From: Nitrospirota bacterium
GTDB taxonomy: Bacteria; Nitrospirota; UBA9217
Direction: 5' to 3'
NCBI GenBank assembly: GCA_963663225.1
Contig: OY760142.1
Span: 2,400,001-2,464,000 of the forward strand
Length of the DNA stretch: 64,000 bases
In this document: positions 29,288 through 38,489 of the stretch, piece by piece
Numbering within the stretch: the stretch's first letter is position 1
Layout of the letters: each line of letters begins with the position of its first letter
Notes under the pieces: generated by a model
What the model saw: the letters and a program-made list of their open reading frames with translations, nothing else
What the model was told of the DNA's origin: nothing
Databases searched by the model: none
Position numbers and translations under genes: made by a program

Positions 29288-30007
29288 ATGGATTTGATCG
29301 CTGACGGTTTCTCAAAAGCCTTTGATCTGATATTTCATTTTGATCCGGAATTGCTCGCTATCATTTTTTTGTCTCTGAAAGTATCCGGTCTAGCCCTCTT
29401 GATTGCAACGTTGTTTGGTGTTCCCCTTGGTGCCATAGTAGCATTAAAACGCATTCCCGCAAAAGGTATCCTTATCAGCCTCCTGAATACGTTGATGAGC
29501 CTCCCCTCGGTCGTTGTCGGCCTTTTTGTATATCTCATGCTTTCGCGAAGTGGGCCACTCGGGTTTCTTGGTCTTCTCTATACACCCGGCGCGATGATCG
29601 TTGCACAAACTATTCTTGCATTTCCCATTGTTATGTCACTCTCCCGTTCCGCTGTAGTGAGTGTCGATCCTCTTATCCGCCAGGCTGCCATGACTCTCGG
29701 GGCATCGCCTTCCCAGGTAACACGGACAGTAATAGCCGAGGCACGATACGGAATTCTGACGGCTGTTGTAGCGGCCTTCGGAAGAGTTATCGCCGAAGTC
29801 GGTGCTATTCTTATTGTTGGTGGCAATATTGCCGGACTCACGAGAGCCATGACTACGGCTATCGCTCTGGAAACGGACAAGGGGAATTTTGAGCTTGCGC
29901 TTGCACTTGGCATCATTCTTCTGATACTGTCATTGTTGATCAATCTCGTGCTGCATATGATCCAAAGAAAAGGGGCAGCAGATACGGAGCAATGGACCTG
30001 GACCTGA
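29288..30007 (+). CDS. tupB: Tungstate ABC transporter permease TupB-like
   Basis: LP.VVVGL..Y..LSRSGPLG, FGRVIAEVGA...VGGNI.G.TR.MTTAIALET.KG. Confidence 0.85.
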   Translation: MDLIADGFSKAFDLIFHFDPELLAIIFLSLKVSGLALLIATLFGVPLGAIVALKRIPAKGILISLLNTLMSLPSVVVGLFVYLMLSRSGPLGFLGLLYTPGAMIVAQTILAFPIVMSLSRSAVVSVDPLIRQAAMTLGASPSQVTRTVIAEARYGILTAVVAAFGRVIAEVGAILIVGGNIAGLTRAMTTAIALETDKGNFELALALGIILLILSLLINLVLHMIQRKGAADTEQWTWT

Positions 30008-30654
30008 ACCTGAAGATAACCGATATACAAAAAAAGTATAACGGTAAAAACATACTCCAAAATTGCACGTTTAATTTTGAACCGGGCGGAGTGTATGCTC
30101 TCATGGGCCCGAATGGGTGCGGGAAATCGACACTGCTCAGGATATGCGCTCTTCTGGAGCCGCCTGACCACGGTGCCGTTGTTTTTTCTTCGGCGGGGAA
30201 TATGCTGCCGCATGATCTTGCTTTGAGACGCAAATTAACGCTTGTCCTGCCACGGGTAGGGGTGTTTAATACGACAGTATTTAAAAATATTGCTTATGGT
30301 TTGACGATGCGGGGCAGGGAAAAGAATGAGCGTGTCAGGTTGGTATCCGTGGTTCTCGATGCCGTAAGGCTGACGCATAAGCAACATCAAAATGCCTTGA
30401 CGCTTTCGAGTGGAGAAACGCAGCGGCTTGGCATTGCGCGTGCCATGGTACTGGATCCGGATATGCTGTTTCTGGATGAACCAACTGCGTTTATTGATGA
30501 AGAGAATACCGCTATTATAGAACGTAGTATTCTTGATTTAAAACGAGCCGGCAAGACAACGGTTATCTTGTCAACCCATGACCGTGATCAGGCAGAACGC
30601 CTGGCGGATCAAGTACTTCTGATGCAAAACGGTGCCATACTGAATAAACCCTGA
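29992..30654 (+). CDS. tupC: ABC ATP-binding subunit TupC-like
   Basis: GPNGCGKS, LSSGETQR, LDEPTA; overlaps tupB. Confidence 0.78.
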   Translation: MDLDLNLKITDIQKKYNGKNILQNCTFNFEPGGVYALMGPNGCGKSTLLRICALLEPPDHGAVVFSSAGNMLPHDLALRRKLTLVLPRVGVFNTTVFKNIAYGLTMRGREKNERVRLVSVVLDAVRLTHKQHQNALTLSSGETQRLGIARAMVLDPDMLFLDEPTAFIDEENTAIIERSILDLKRAGKTTVILSTHDRDQAERLADQVLLMQNGAILNKP

Positions 30655-30676
30655 TTCGTAAATACGGTCAACTTCT

Positions 30677-31255
30677 ATGAACATTCCCATTATTCTTGCA
30701 TCCAGATCTCCACGTCGCAAAAACCTCCTTCATCAGATAGGCCTAAATTTTACTATAGACGAAACAGACGTAGATGAGCGGGTTCTGTCGGGTGAAAAAG
30801 CACCGGCTTATGCTGTACGAGTTGCCGTCGACAAGGCAAAAGCAGTCAGTTCTCGGAGAAACACAGGTATTATTATTGCTGCTGATACGGTGGTAGTGCT
30901 CAAGAGTGTAATTCTAGGAAAACCGTTGGACATCCATGATGCAGAACGAATGCTCACCATGCTCTCCGGCAGAACGCATACGGTAATCACCGGCCTTGCC
31001 GTGTTGGACGCAGGCAGTGGTACTATGCAAACTGGAAGCGCCACCACAAAAGTGCGATTTCTTGCAGTAACGCAGGAACAAATCACATCATATCTAAAAA
31101 CAGGAGAACCTCTTGATAAAGCAGGGGCATATGGTATTCAGGGAAAAGGTGCTCTTCTGGTTGATAGAATAGAAGGTTGTTATACTAATGTTGTAGGCTT
31201 GCCATTATCACTTCTGGGTCGTATGCTTTCTCGTTTTGGAATCAAGCTGCCTTAA
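30677..31255 (+). CDS. maf: Maf nucleoside triphosphate pyrophosphatase
   Basis: ILAS.SPRR, ADTVV, LGKP, DKAGAYGIQG, NVVGLP. Confidence 0.93.
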   Translation: MNIPIILASRSPRRKNLLHQIGLNFTIDETDVDERVLSGEKAPAYAVRVAVDKAKAVSSRRNTGIIIAADTVVVLKSVILGKPLDIHDAERMLTMLSGRTHTVITGLAVLDAGSGTMQTGSATTKVRFLAVTQEQITSYLKTGEPLDKAGAYGIQGKGALLVDRIEGCYTNVVGLPLSLLGRMLSRFGIKLP

Positions 31256-31411
31256 ATATCTTGTTTATTTTGCAAACTGGAATTCAATTGCTTATTTGTC
31301 CGGAAAAAAATACTTTTTTCCTACCTTGACAAGCTTCATATCCCATTCTACACTAATATACAGAATACTTTTTTTCTGACATATCTAAAACTAATGCTGG
31401 AGGGTGGGGCA

Positions 31412-32059
31412 ATGATGGATAAGATTCGAATTATGCTGGTTGAAAACGATCCCGTTCATCAGCAGGAGATGGCTGCAGTCTTCGCCGCACAAAGCGATAT
31501 TGAAGTTATATCAATGGTTACGACGCGGGAGACAGCTGTCAAACAACTATCAACTGTTCCCGATATTCTGTTCCTGAACCCGGTTGTTCTGAAAGAACAT
31601 ACCTTTTCCCGGTTTATTCGCTCAGTGCATACCAAATCACCGCATACAAGAGTGATGCTTTATTTGACGGATGTGCCATCGGATGAGAGCCTGATCTCCG
31701 ATATTCGGTTGGGTATGAGGGGATATGTGAAACATACCGATTCGCCGGACATCGTACTGAAAGCTGCCCGTGCAGTGCATGAAGGTGAAATATGGGCCGA
31801 ACGCAGAATTCTCGAAAAAGCCATCGCGAAACCCATGATTTTGCCGGAAACTCTACAGGTACAGGTGCCTGGACTTTCTCCCCTTACAAACAGAGAAACG
31901 GAAATGCTTACCATGGTGTTGCAGGGCGCCTCGAACCGGGAGATTGCGAGCAGAAGCAGTATAAGCGAGCGGACCGTCAAAACGCACCTTTACCGCGTTT
32001 ATCGGAAATTAAAAGTTAAAAGCAGAACAAAGGCTATAGCCTTGTTGTCTCAGCAATAA
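31412..32059 (+). CDS. LuxR/NarL-family regulator with atypical receiver domain
   Basis: LTNRE...G.SNREIA....ISERTVKTH HTH; phosphoacceptor position reads DILFLN (Asn). Confidence 0.85.
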   Translation: MMDKIRIMLVENDPVHQQEMAAVFAAQSDIEVISMVTTRETAVKQLSTVPDILFLNPVVLKEHTFSRFIRSVHTKSPHTRVMLYLTDVPSDESLISDIRLGMRGYVKHTDSPDIVLKAARAVHEGEIWAERRILEKAIAKPMILPETLQVQVPGLSPLTNRETEMLTMVLQGASNREIASRSSISERTVKTHLYRVYRKLKVKSRTKAIALLSQQ

Positions 32060-32103
32060 GGCTTGTAAAAACAAGAATTGACGGAAATAAGACTTTTGAT
32101 CGA

Positions 32104-32131
32104 TTGACTTTTAATTTCTTATTGCTATTCT
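32104..32131 (+). promoter_or_regulatory. Sigma70 promoter of candidate ncRNA
   Basis: TTGACT-N16-TATTCT with extended -10 TG. Confidence 0.6.
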
Positions 32132-32141
32132 TTAAACATAA

Positions 32142-32319
32142 GCTGTGCTGTTAGGAGGCACGTTACGTGCCGAGGCGGCAATTCATCTGCGGCATATACT
32201 CCATCCCCCCCTTAACAAAAGTATAGGCCGTATGTGAGGCCATCAACGGGTGGCGCCGGAGTGCAGTTGCTGTGGACCTATCCACAGCAAGATGAGACTG
32301 CATATTGAAACAGCACAGC
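32142..32319 (+). ncRNA. Candidate structured ncRNA of unrecognised family (~180 nt)
   Basis: Perfect 11-bp 5'/3' closing stem plus four internal helices; own promoter and terminator. Confidence 0.6.
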
Positions 32320-32323
32320 ATCT

Positions 32324-32389
32324 AAGGCGTCTCGATAATACATCAGGAAAAGATTTAAGAAGCAGCCATCGGGACGCCTTGTCTTTTTC
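32324..32389 (+). terminator. Intrinsic terminator after candidate ncRNA
   Basis: AAGGCGTCTCGAT...ATCGGGACGCCTT then GTCTTTTT; loop is unusually large. Confidence 0.55.
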
Positions 32390-32454
32390 ATGGTATTTCC
32401 CTGCCAAATTCTATATTTCTTGACGCCTCGTCATAATATCTGTATCATGACCCT

Positions 32455-33696
32455 ATGATATATATACTCTTTTTGCTTTTTATCGCAGTTGTCGGCACCG
32501 GGTACTGGCTAAAGTATCTGAATTTGTCTTATCTTAAAATACACGGTCATACGGTTCCGCCGGAATTTGAAGGCAAAATAGATCCTGATGTTCTTCGCAG
32601 AATTTCCGATTATATTGCTGAAAATAACAGAATAGGACTAATCGAGTCACTTGCGGATAATTTTTTGCTCGCGCTTTTTCTCTTTGGCGGATTGCTGGAA
32701 ATCTATGACCAATGGATTGCTTCCTGCGCCGGATCATTTATAGGAGCAGGGGTGCTCTTTGTCCTGATTCTTCTGGCTGTCGGTACGGTGTTGGACATAC
32801 CGTTCAGTCTTTACAGCAATTTCAAGATTGAAAAACGCTATGGATTCAACACCATGACCATGCGCATCTGGCTGACCGACTTTATCAAATCGGCAATTAT
32901 TTCTTTTGTGCTGGGGGCTTTTGTCGTCATGGTCATCCTCAGCATTATTCAAGGGAGTCCGGTTCTGTGGTGGCTTTGGGTCTGGCTTTTTTTGCTGCTG
33001 TTCGGTGTTTTCATGATGTATGTTTCTCCTTACATAATAGAGCCGCTTTTTTTCAAATTTGAACCTATTAAAAAAGAAGGTTTGGAGGAAAAAATACGGA
33101 CTCTCGCGGAACGGGCAGGGATTAAAGTCAGCAAAATCTTTCAGGTGGATGCCTCCCGCAGAAGCAGGCACTCAAACGCATACTTTACCGGTATCGGGCA
33201 GGTCAAACGGATTGTTCTGTTCGACACCCTGATTGAACAGATGACCGAAGAAGAAATCCTTGCAGTTCTGGCGCATGAAATGGGCCACTGGAAAAAACGA
33301 CACGTGATCAAACGCTTAATCCAGACCGAAGCAATTGCCTTTTGCAGTCTGGTGGCGGCATTTTATCTTCTTGCATGGGAGCAGTTGCCGGCGCTGTTCA
33401 ATCTCGCTGATGCTTCATTTTATGTCCGCGTAATTATTGTGGGCTTTCTGGGGTTTTTGGTTATGTTTCCTCTTACTCCGCTGTTTTCTTATTTATCACG
33501 GCGCGACGAGCAGGAGGCGGACCGATTTGCGGCTGAATTGACGGGAAATCCGAAAGCCATGGCCTCGGCGTTGGTTCAACTTTCGAAGGAAAATCTTTCC
33601 AATTTGCACCCACATCCCCTGTATGCACAGTTCTATTACTCTCACCCTCCGGTGGTGGAAAGAATCAGAAAATTGAGGGCGCTGAGCGATAGGTAA
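32455..33696 (+). CDS. M48 family (Ste24/CAAX-type) membrane zinc metalloprotease
   Basis: NAYFTG.G..KRIVLFDTL, AHEMGH, E.EAD, YSHPP..ERI. Confidence 0.92.
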   Translation: MIYILFLLFIAVVGTGYWLKYLNLSYLKIHGHTVPPEFEGKIDPDVLRRISDYIAENNRIGLIESLADNFLLALFLFGGLLEIYDQWIASCAGSFIGAGVLFVLILLAVGTVLDIPFSLYSNFKIEKRYGFNTMTMRIWLTDFIKSAIISFVLGAFVVMVILSIIQGSPVLWWLWVWLFLLLFGVFMMYVSPYIIEPLFFKFEPIKKEGLEEKIRTLAERAGIKVSKIFQVDASRRSRHSNAYFTGIGQVKRIVLFDTLIEQMTEEEILAVLAHEMGHWKKRHVIKRLIQTEAIAFCSLVAAFYLLAWEQLPALFNLADASFYVRVIIVGFLGFLVMFPLTPLFSYLSRRDEQEADRFAAELTGNPKAMASALVQLSKENLSNLHPHPLYAQFYYSHPPVVERIRKLRALSDR

Positions 33697-33810
33697 TGCA
33701 CCTGTTCTGCAGCAGATGCGTTGATCAAGACAAATCTCCAGTATACTATGTTGTTCCCCAAAAACAGATTTTCGGGTTGACCGACTCTGGTCTCTGTGCT
33801 ATTTTTACTC

Positions 33811-35097
33811 ATGGTGTTAAACGAGAGCGAAATCAGCCGTCTCAACCAGAAGATCCTGCGCCTCTCCGCGCTTATTGACGTAAACGGAATAATCAGCTCA
33901 TCACTCAATCTGGAGGAAATCCTTGAAAATGTAATGACCATCTCCAAACAGGTGATGAACGCCGATGCGTCGAGTCTCATGCTGATAGACGAAAAAACGA
34001 ACGAACTGGTGTACGAAGTTGCTCTCGGCACTGTGGGGCAGAAACTAAAACAGGAGCACAGGCTCAAGATGGGGCAGGGGATCGCCGGCAGCGTGGCACA
34101 GGAGGGGAAACCGCTTTTATTGGAAGATGTTTATACCCACCCCCAGTTCTACCGCGGACATGATGAAGCAACAGGCTACCGTACCAAATCCATGATTACC
34201 GTTCCTCTCAAGGTCAGGGAGCGCATAACAGGCGTTGCGCAGGTGATCAACCGTCTTGATAATGAACCGTTCGATTCAGATGATCTTGAGCTCTTCATTG
34301 CCTTGTGCAGTTTGGCTTCTATTGCCATTGACAACGCAAAAATGCACATTGCTCTGATGGAAAAACAGCGGCTTATCAAAGACATGGAATTCGCTCGTAC
34401 CGTGCAGGAAAGTTTTCTTCCGCAGCAGCCACCTGAAATTCCCCACTATCAATTCAGCTCCCATTATACGCCTGCTCAGGAAGTAAGCGGCGATTTCTAC
34501 GATTTTATCCAGCTCGATGCGAACCGTATGGGAATCATGATCGGCGATGTCTCCGGAAAGGGTGTGCCTGCCGCACTGTATATGGCAAAGCTGGGAAGTG
34601 ATCTGCGCACGCTTCTTCTCACGGAAAAATCGTCCGCCTCAGCCCTCGAAAAATTAAATGATCTCCTGGTGGAGCGGAGCCGACGCGGTATGTTCGCCAC
34701 ACTTCTCTACCTGGAACTTGATATCGCACAGAAAGCCCTGACAATATTGAACGCCGGGCATCTGCCTCCGGTCATTAAAAGAGCCGAGGGACCGGCTGAG
34801 AAACTTCCGCGCTCAAGCAGCGCTCCTCTCGGTATCCTGCCCGGCATGATACTTTTGCCTGAAACGGTGACGTTGACCTGCGGAGACAGCATCGTTTTGT
34901 ATACAGACGGCATTACCGAAGCGATGAATGCACAAAAAGAGCTGTTCGGATATGAACGATTCATTGCGCTTATTCAGCGCAGCGCTGCTGCTCCGGATGT
35001 ATTGCAGGCTGAGATTACCAGAAAGGTAAAGCAATTTACCGGTCTTAGTCCTCAGCACGATGACATAACTCTGGTTTGCTTCGGAGTGCTTTCATGA
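33811..35097 (+). CDS. GAF + PP2C (SpoIIE/RsbU-type) Ser phosphatase
   Basis: GAF (GQGIAG.VA, D.ATGY.TKS); GDFYD, GDVSGKG, YTDG, DDIT. Confidence 0.92.
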   Translation: MVLNESEISRLNQKILRLSALIDVNGIISSSLNLEEILENVMTISKQVMNADASSLMLIDEKTNELVYEVALGTVGQKLKQEHRLKMGQGIAGSVAQEGKPLLLEDVYTHPQFYRGHDEATGYRTKSMITVPLKVRERITGVAQVINRLDNEPFDSDDLELFIALCSLASIAIDNAKMHIALMEKQRLIKDMEFARTVQESFLPQQPPEIPHYQFSSHYTPAQEVSGDFYDFIQLDANRMGIMIGDVSGKGVPAALYMAKLGSDLRTLLLTEKSSASALEKLNDLLVERSRRGMFATLLYLELDIAQKALTILNAGHLPPVIKRAEGPAEKLPRSSSAPLGILPGMILLPETVTLTCGDSIVLYTDGITEAMNAQKELFGYERFIALIQRSAAAPDVLQAEITRKVKQFTGLSPQHDDITLVCFGVLS

Positions 35098-35513
35098 CAG
35101 AGATTGTTACCCTGATTGTGCCCAGCCATCCCAAATACCTGCGTATCATACGAAGCGCGCTGCAACCGTTCCTCGAAGACGCCGGTTTCCCTGAAACAGA
35201 AGCCCGGAAAATTATCCTTGCGGTGGATGAGGCCTGTTCCAATATCATAAAATATGCCTATGAAGGTGATTATACAAAAACGATCTCCTTGGTGCTCACC
35301 AACAAGCGGGAAAAGCTTATAATTGAATTGAAAGATTCCGGCAAAAAACCGGATATATCGAAAATTGCACCGCGCAAGCTTGATGACATTCGGCCGGGAG
35401 GACTGGGAACGCATTTTATAGCGTCAGTCTTTGATACCGTCGAATACGATACGGACAAGGAATCGGGAACGGTATTGACGTTGACAAAATTGAATCGGGA
35501 ACGTTGTTCGTGA
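35094..35513 (+). CDS. RsbW/SpoIIAB-like anti-sigma Ser kinase
   Basis: LAVDEACSNII.YAY, DSG, GGLG. Confidence 0.88.
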   Translation: MTEIVTLIVPSHPKYLRIIRSALQPFLEDAGFPETEARKIILAVDEACSNIIKYAYEGDYTKTISLVLTNKREKLIIELKDSGKKPDISKIAPRKLDDIRPGGLGTHFIASVFDTVEYDTDKESGTVLTLTKLNRERCS

Positions 35514-35522
35514 GGTCGGCTG

Positions 35523-35870
35523 ATGAACCTGGAGATTACTACCGAAAAAAACGGTCCGTTTTTTCTGCTGCAGCTGAGCGGCGAGGTGGACATGAACACC
35601 TCCACGAAGGTAAGAGCCGTCATGCAGGAGACGTTTCAGCGGATTACTGCCGATATAAAGACGCTGCTCATTGACTTGTCACACGTGCGGTACATGGACA
35701 GCTCCGGCATAGCAACACTCATTGAGATTATGCAAAACTGCCGGAAAAAAAACATACGGCTCAGACTCTGTGCGTTAAGCCCTTCGGTAAAAGACGTGTT
35801 TGAACTCGCGCGGCTTGGAAGCGTGTTTGAAATTTATCAGACGGTTGATGAAGCAATGGCGGGACTCTAA
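35523..35870 (+). CDS. STAS anti-sigma antagonist (RsbV/SpoIIAA-like)
   Basis: LSGEVD, DLS.V.YMDSSG with the phosphorylatable Ser. Confidence 0.9.
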   Translation: MNLEITTEKNGPFFLLQLSGEVDMNTSTKVRAVMQETFQRITADIKTLLIDLSHVRYMDSSGIATLIEIMQNCRKKNIRLRLCALSPSVKDVFELARLGSVFEIYQTVDEAMAGL

Positions 35871-35976
35871 TACTATTATAAAAACAGAATTCTGATGCTC
35901 TTCGAAGCTCCCGCGGAGCAATCCAACAAAGGATGCAACGGTTTTGCTGACGCACTTTTCTGTTCCGGAGTTATTT

Positions 35977-36765
35977 GTGAAGCACATATTCGGCTACATC
36001 GGCAGAACATTTATAACTTTTTTGCAGGACCTTTCAGGTTTATGGTATCTGTTTCGCGAGACCATCCTCCAGTCGGTCCTTGTTCTGAAGGACCGGAAAA
36101 AACGGAAACAGGCCAACCTGCTTGCTCAGGTGGACCAGATTGGAACACAGTCGCTGGCGCTTATTCTCATGGTGGCTGTCCTTCTGGGCATTGCGTTGAC
36201 GGTGCTTATTTCATTCCAACTGAAGGAAATTGCCGGTTACAGCTATATCCCGGGTTTTGTGGCGATTGCGGTGTTTCGCGAGGTGGGACCGCTTATGACG
36301 GCGGTAATCATAGCCGGAAAAGTAGGCGCCGCTTTCACCGCACGAATCGGGACCATGAAGGTTTCAGACGAGATATTAGCGCTTGAAACCATGGCGATCA
36401 ATCCCGTCCGCTTTCTCGTTGTTCAGCGGTTCATAGCACTGCTGCTTTCTCTTCCGGCGCTTACGCTCATCGCGAATTTTAGCGCAGTGTTCGGCGGTTT
36501 TCTGTTTGGTTCAATGAGACTGGGCATCAGACCGGATACGTACGTACGGGCGACGCTGGACGTGCTGATTTTCAAGGACCTGTATTCCGGGATGATCAAG
36601 GCCGCGGTTTTTGCCGTGGTCATCGTCATGGTGGGATGCTATCGGGGGCTGGTCGTGGAAGGCGGAGCTGAAGATGTCGGAAAAGCGACAATGCTTTCAG
36701 TAGTGTCTTCCATGCTGATGATTATCATGATCGACACGGTCATGACAACCGCATTTTATGGATAA
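35977..36765 (+). CDS. mlaE: MlaE-family ABC permease
   Basis: REVGPLMTAVIIAGKVGA, IGTMKV.DEI.ALE.M.I.P, GGAE.VG.AT; GTG after GGAG. Confidence 0.9.
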   Translation: MKHIFGYIGRTFITFLQDLSGLWYLFRETILQSVLVLKDRKKRKQANLLAQVDQIGTQSLALILMVAVLLGIALTVLISFQLKEIAGYSYIPGFVAIAVFREVGPLMTAVIIAGKVGAAFTARIGTMKVSDEILALETMAINPVRFLVVQRFIALLLSLPALTLIANFSAVFGGFLFGSMRLGIRPDTYVRATLDVLIFKDLYSGMIKAAVFAVVIVMVGCYRGLVVEGGAEDVGKATMLSVVSSMLMIIMIDTVMTTAFYG

Positions 36766-36777
36766 CGCCGATATATT

Positions 36778-37563
36778 ATGATCAGACTGCACGGCATTCA
36801 GAAACAATTTGCTGCCCGCAAGATACTGAACGATGTCAGTTTCATCGCGGAACAGAGAAGGATAACCTATATATTAGGCACAAGCGGAGGAGGAAAAAGC
36901 ACCCTGCTGAAAATCCTCATCGGAGCGCTGAAGCCGGATGCCGGCGAGGTTTTTTTCAAGGACCAGGACTTAACAAAACTCACGGGAAGAGAGCTCGACC
37001 CGTTTCGAAAGAAAATGGGCATGCTGTTTCAGCATGGCGGGCTGCTGCACTCTCTCACCGTGGGAGAAAACATCGCGCTTCCGATCAAAGAGCACACATC
37101 GCTGGACGAATCAATCATAAAAATTATGGTGAAAATGAAACTGGATCTTGTCGGACTCCGGGATTTCGAAAACCTGCAGCCGTCCCAGTTGTCCGGTGGC
37201 ATGCTGAAGCGGGTCGCACTTGCACGCGCTCTTGCACTGGATCCGGAACTGGTTTTTTTCGATGAACCGACCTCAGGGCTTGACCCGATCGTTACGGCGG
37301 TCATCACCAAGCTGATTGCCGACCTGAACAGGCTTCTCGGCATCACCTGTATCGTGGTCACCCATTCAGTGGAAGAAGCTATGCGGATTGCCGACAAGAT
37401 TATTATCCTGTACATGGGCACCGTGCTCGCGGAAGGGTCGCCGAAGGAAATACGTGCCAGTACAAACCCTCTCGTTCAGCAGTTTATAACCGGGACTCCG
37501 GATGGTCCCATATCTTTTCACGCCTCAAGCCGGGATTTGCGTGAAGATCTGCTGCTGGAATGA
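36778..37563 (+). CDS. mlaF: MlaF-family ABC ATPase
   Basis: GTSGGGKS, LSGGMLKRVALARA, DEPTSGLDP, QF..G.PDGP. Confidence 0.9.
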   Translation: MIRLHGIQKQFAARKILNDVSFIAEQRRITYILGTSGGGKSTLLKILIGALKPDAGEVFFKDQDLTKLTGRELDPFRKKMGMLFQHGGLLHSLTVGENIALPIKEHTSLDESIIKIMVKMKLDLVGLRDFENLQPSQLSGGMLKRVALARALALDPELVFFDEPTSGLDPIVTAVITKLIADLNRLLGITCIVVTHSVEEAMRIADKIIILYMGTVLAEGSPKEIRASTNPLVQQFITGTPDGPISFHASSRDLREDLLLE

Positions 37564-37605
37564 AAAGAAATCGGGCAAAAAACGTTCAATGGCAGGGAGC
37601 TGATT

Positions 37606-38406
37606 ATGGAATACCGACGAAGTGAAATCCGGGCAGGAATATTTCTCCTGATTTCTTTTACCATCCTGGCCGTCATGGTGTTCGCGATAAGCGATATTCA
37701 GAGCCTTTTCAAAAAAAAGCAGGACGTCAAAGTCCTCTTTCTTTACAGCGATGGCATTGAAAAAGACGCACCAGTCAGATTTTCCGGCGTCAAAGTCGGG
37801 AAAGTTATGAATGTACGCGTCGCTCCGGAACAGGGAGATAAGATTGAACTTACCTTAAGCATATTCAAGGACATGGTGATCAAAACGGACACACGGGCCA
37901 GAATCATGACCCTCGGACTGGTAGGCGGAAAATATGTGGAATTGACGGCAGGTTCGCCGAGTGCTCATCTTCTGGAGCAGGGCCGCCCCCTTATCGGCGA
38001 GGAATCCATGAAACTGGAGGACCTTACAAGAACTGCGCTTGACGTAATCGCGCGGCTCAGGAAAATCGCCATTAATCTTGATACCATGCTGGGCGACCCG
38101 GCCATGGCGAAATCGCTGAAGAGCACGATTCAAAATATGCAGGAGGCAACTGCGAACATCAAAGTCATGACTTCAAGCAGGGAAGAGGTCGCACAAGGGC
38201 TTAAAAACCTCCCGGAAATATTAAAGAAGCTTGATGAAAGTTCAAACAATCTCAAAACAATAACGGAAAAGACCGACAAACTGATCGGGGAAAACAGAAA
38301 GAATATCGGTATCATGATCGAGAATTTCAAAGATCTGTCCACGAACCTGAAAGAAACTTCTGAAGACGTCAAGGTCAATCCGTGGAAGCTTCTCCGTAAA
38401 CCGTGA
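37606..38406 (+). CDS. mlaD: MCE/MlaD protein with helical C-terminal extension
   Basis: N-terminal TM, G....APV...GVKVGKV, GLVG.KYVEL. Confidence 0.88.
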   Translation: MEYRRSEIRAGIFLLISFTILAVMVFAISDIQSLFKKKQDVKVLFLYSDGIEKDAPVRFSGVKVGKVMNVRVAPEQGDKIELTLSIFKDMVIKTDTRARIMTLGLVGGKYVELTAGSPSAHLLEQGRPLIGEESMKLEDLTRTALDVIARLRKIAINLDTMLGDPAMAKSLKSTIQNMQEATANIKVMTSSREEVAQGLKNLPEILKKLDESSNNLKTITEKTDKLIGENRKNIGIMIENFKDLSTNLKETSEDVKVNPWKLLRKP

Positions 38407-38489
38407 ACTCGCACCATAGAGCGGCAACGGAAACATATTCTTGATCGAAGACCAGGTATCAGAAATTCGCACTACTAAAAGGAGCATGT

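Noticed and set aside
12309-31300. AT-rich block as an integrative element or prophage
   Set aside because: No integrase, transposase, tRNA target or flanking direct repeats seen.
32341-32368. TCAGG...AAGCAGC resembling SRP RNA helix 8
   Set aside because: Lacks the paired stem and GNRA tetraloop between the motifs and lies in the terminator loop; a cmscan would settle it.
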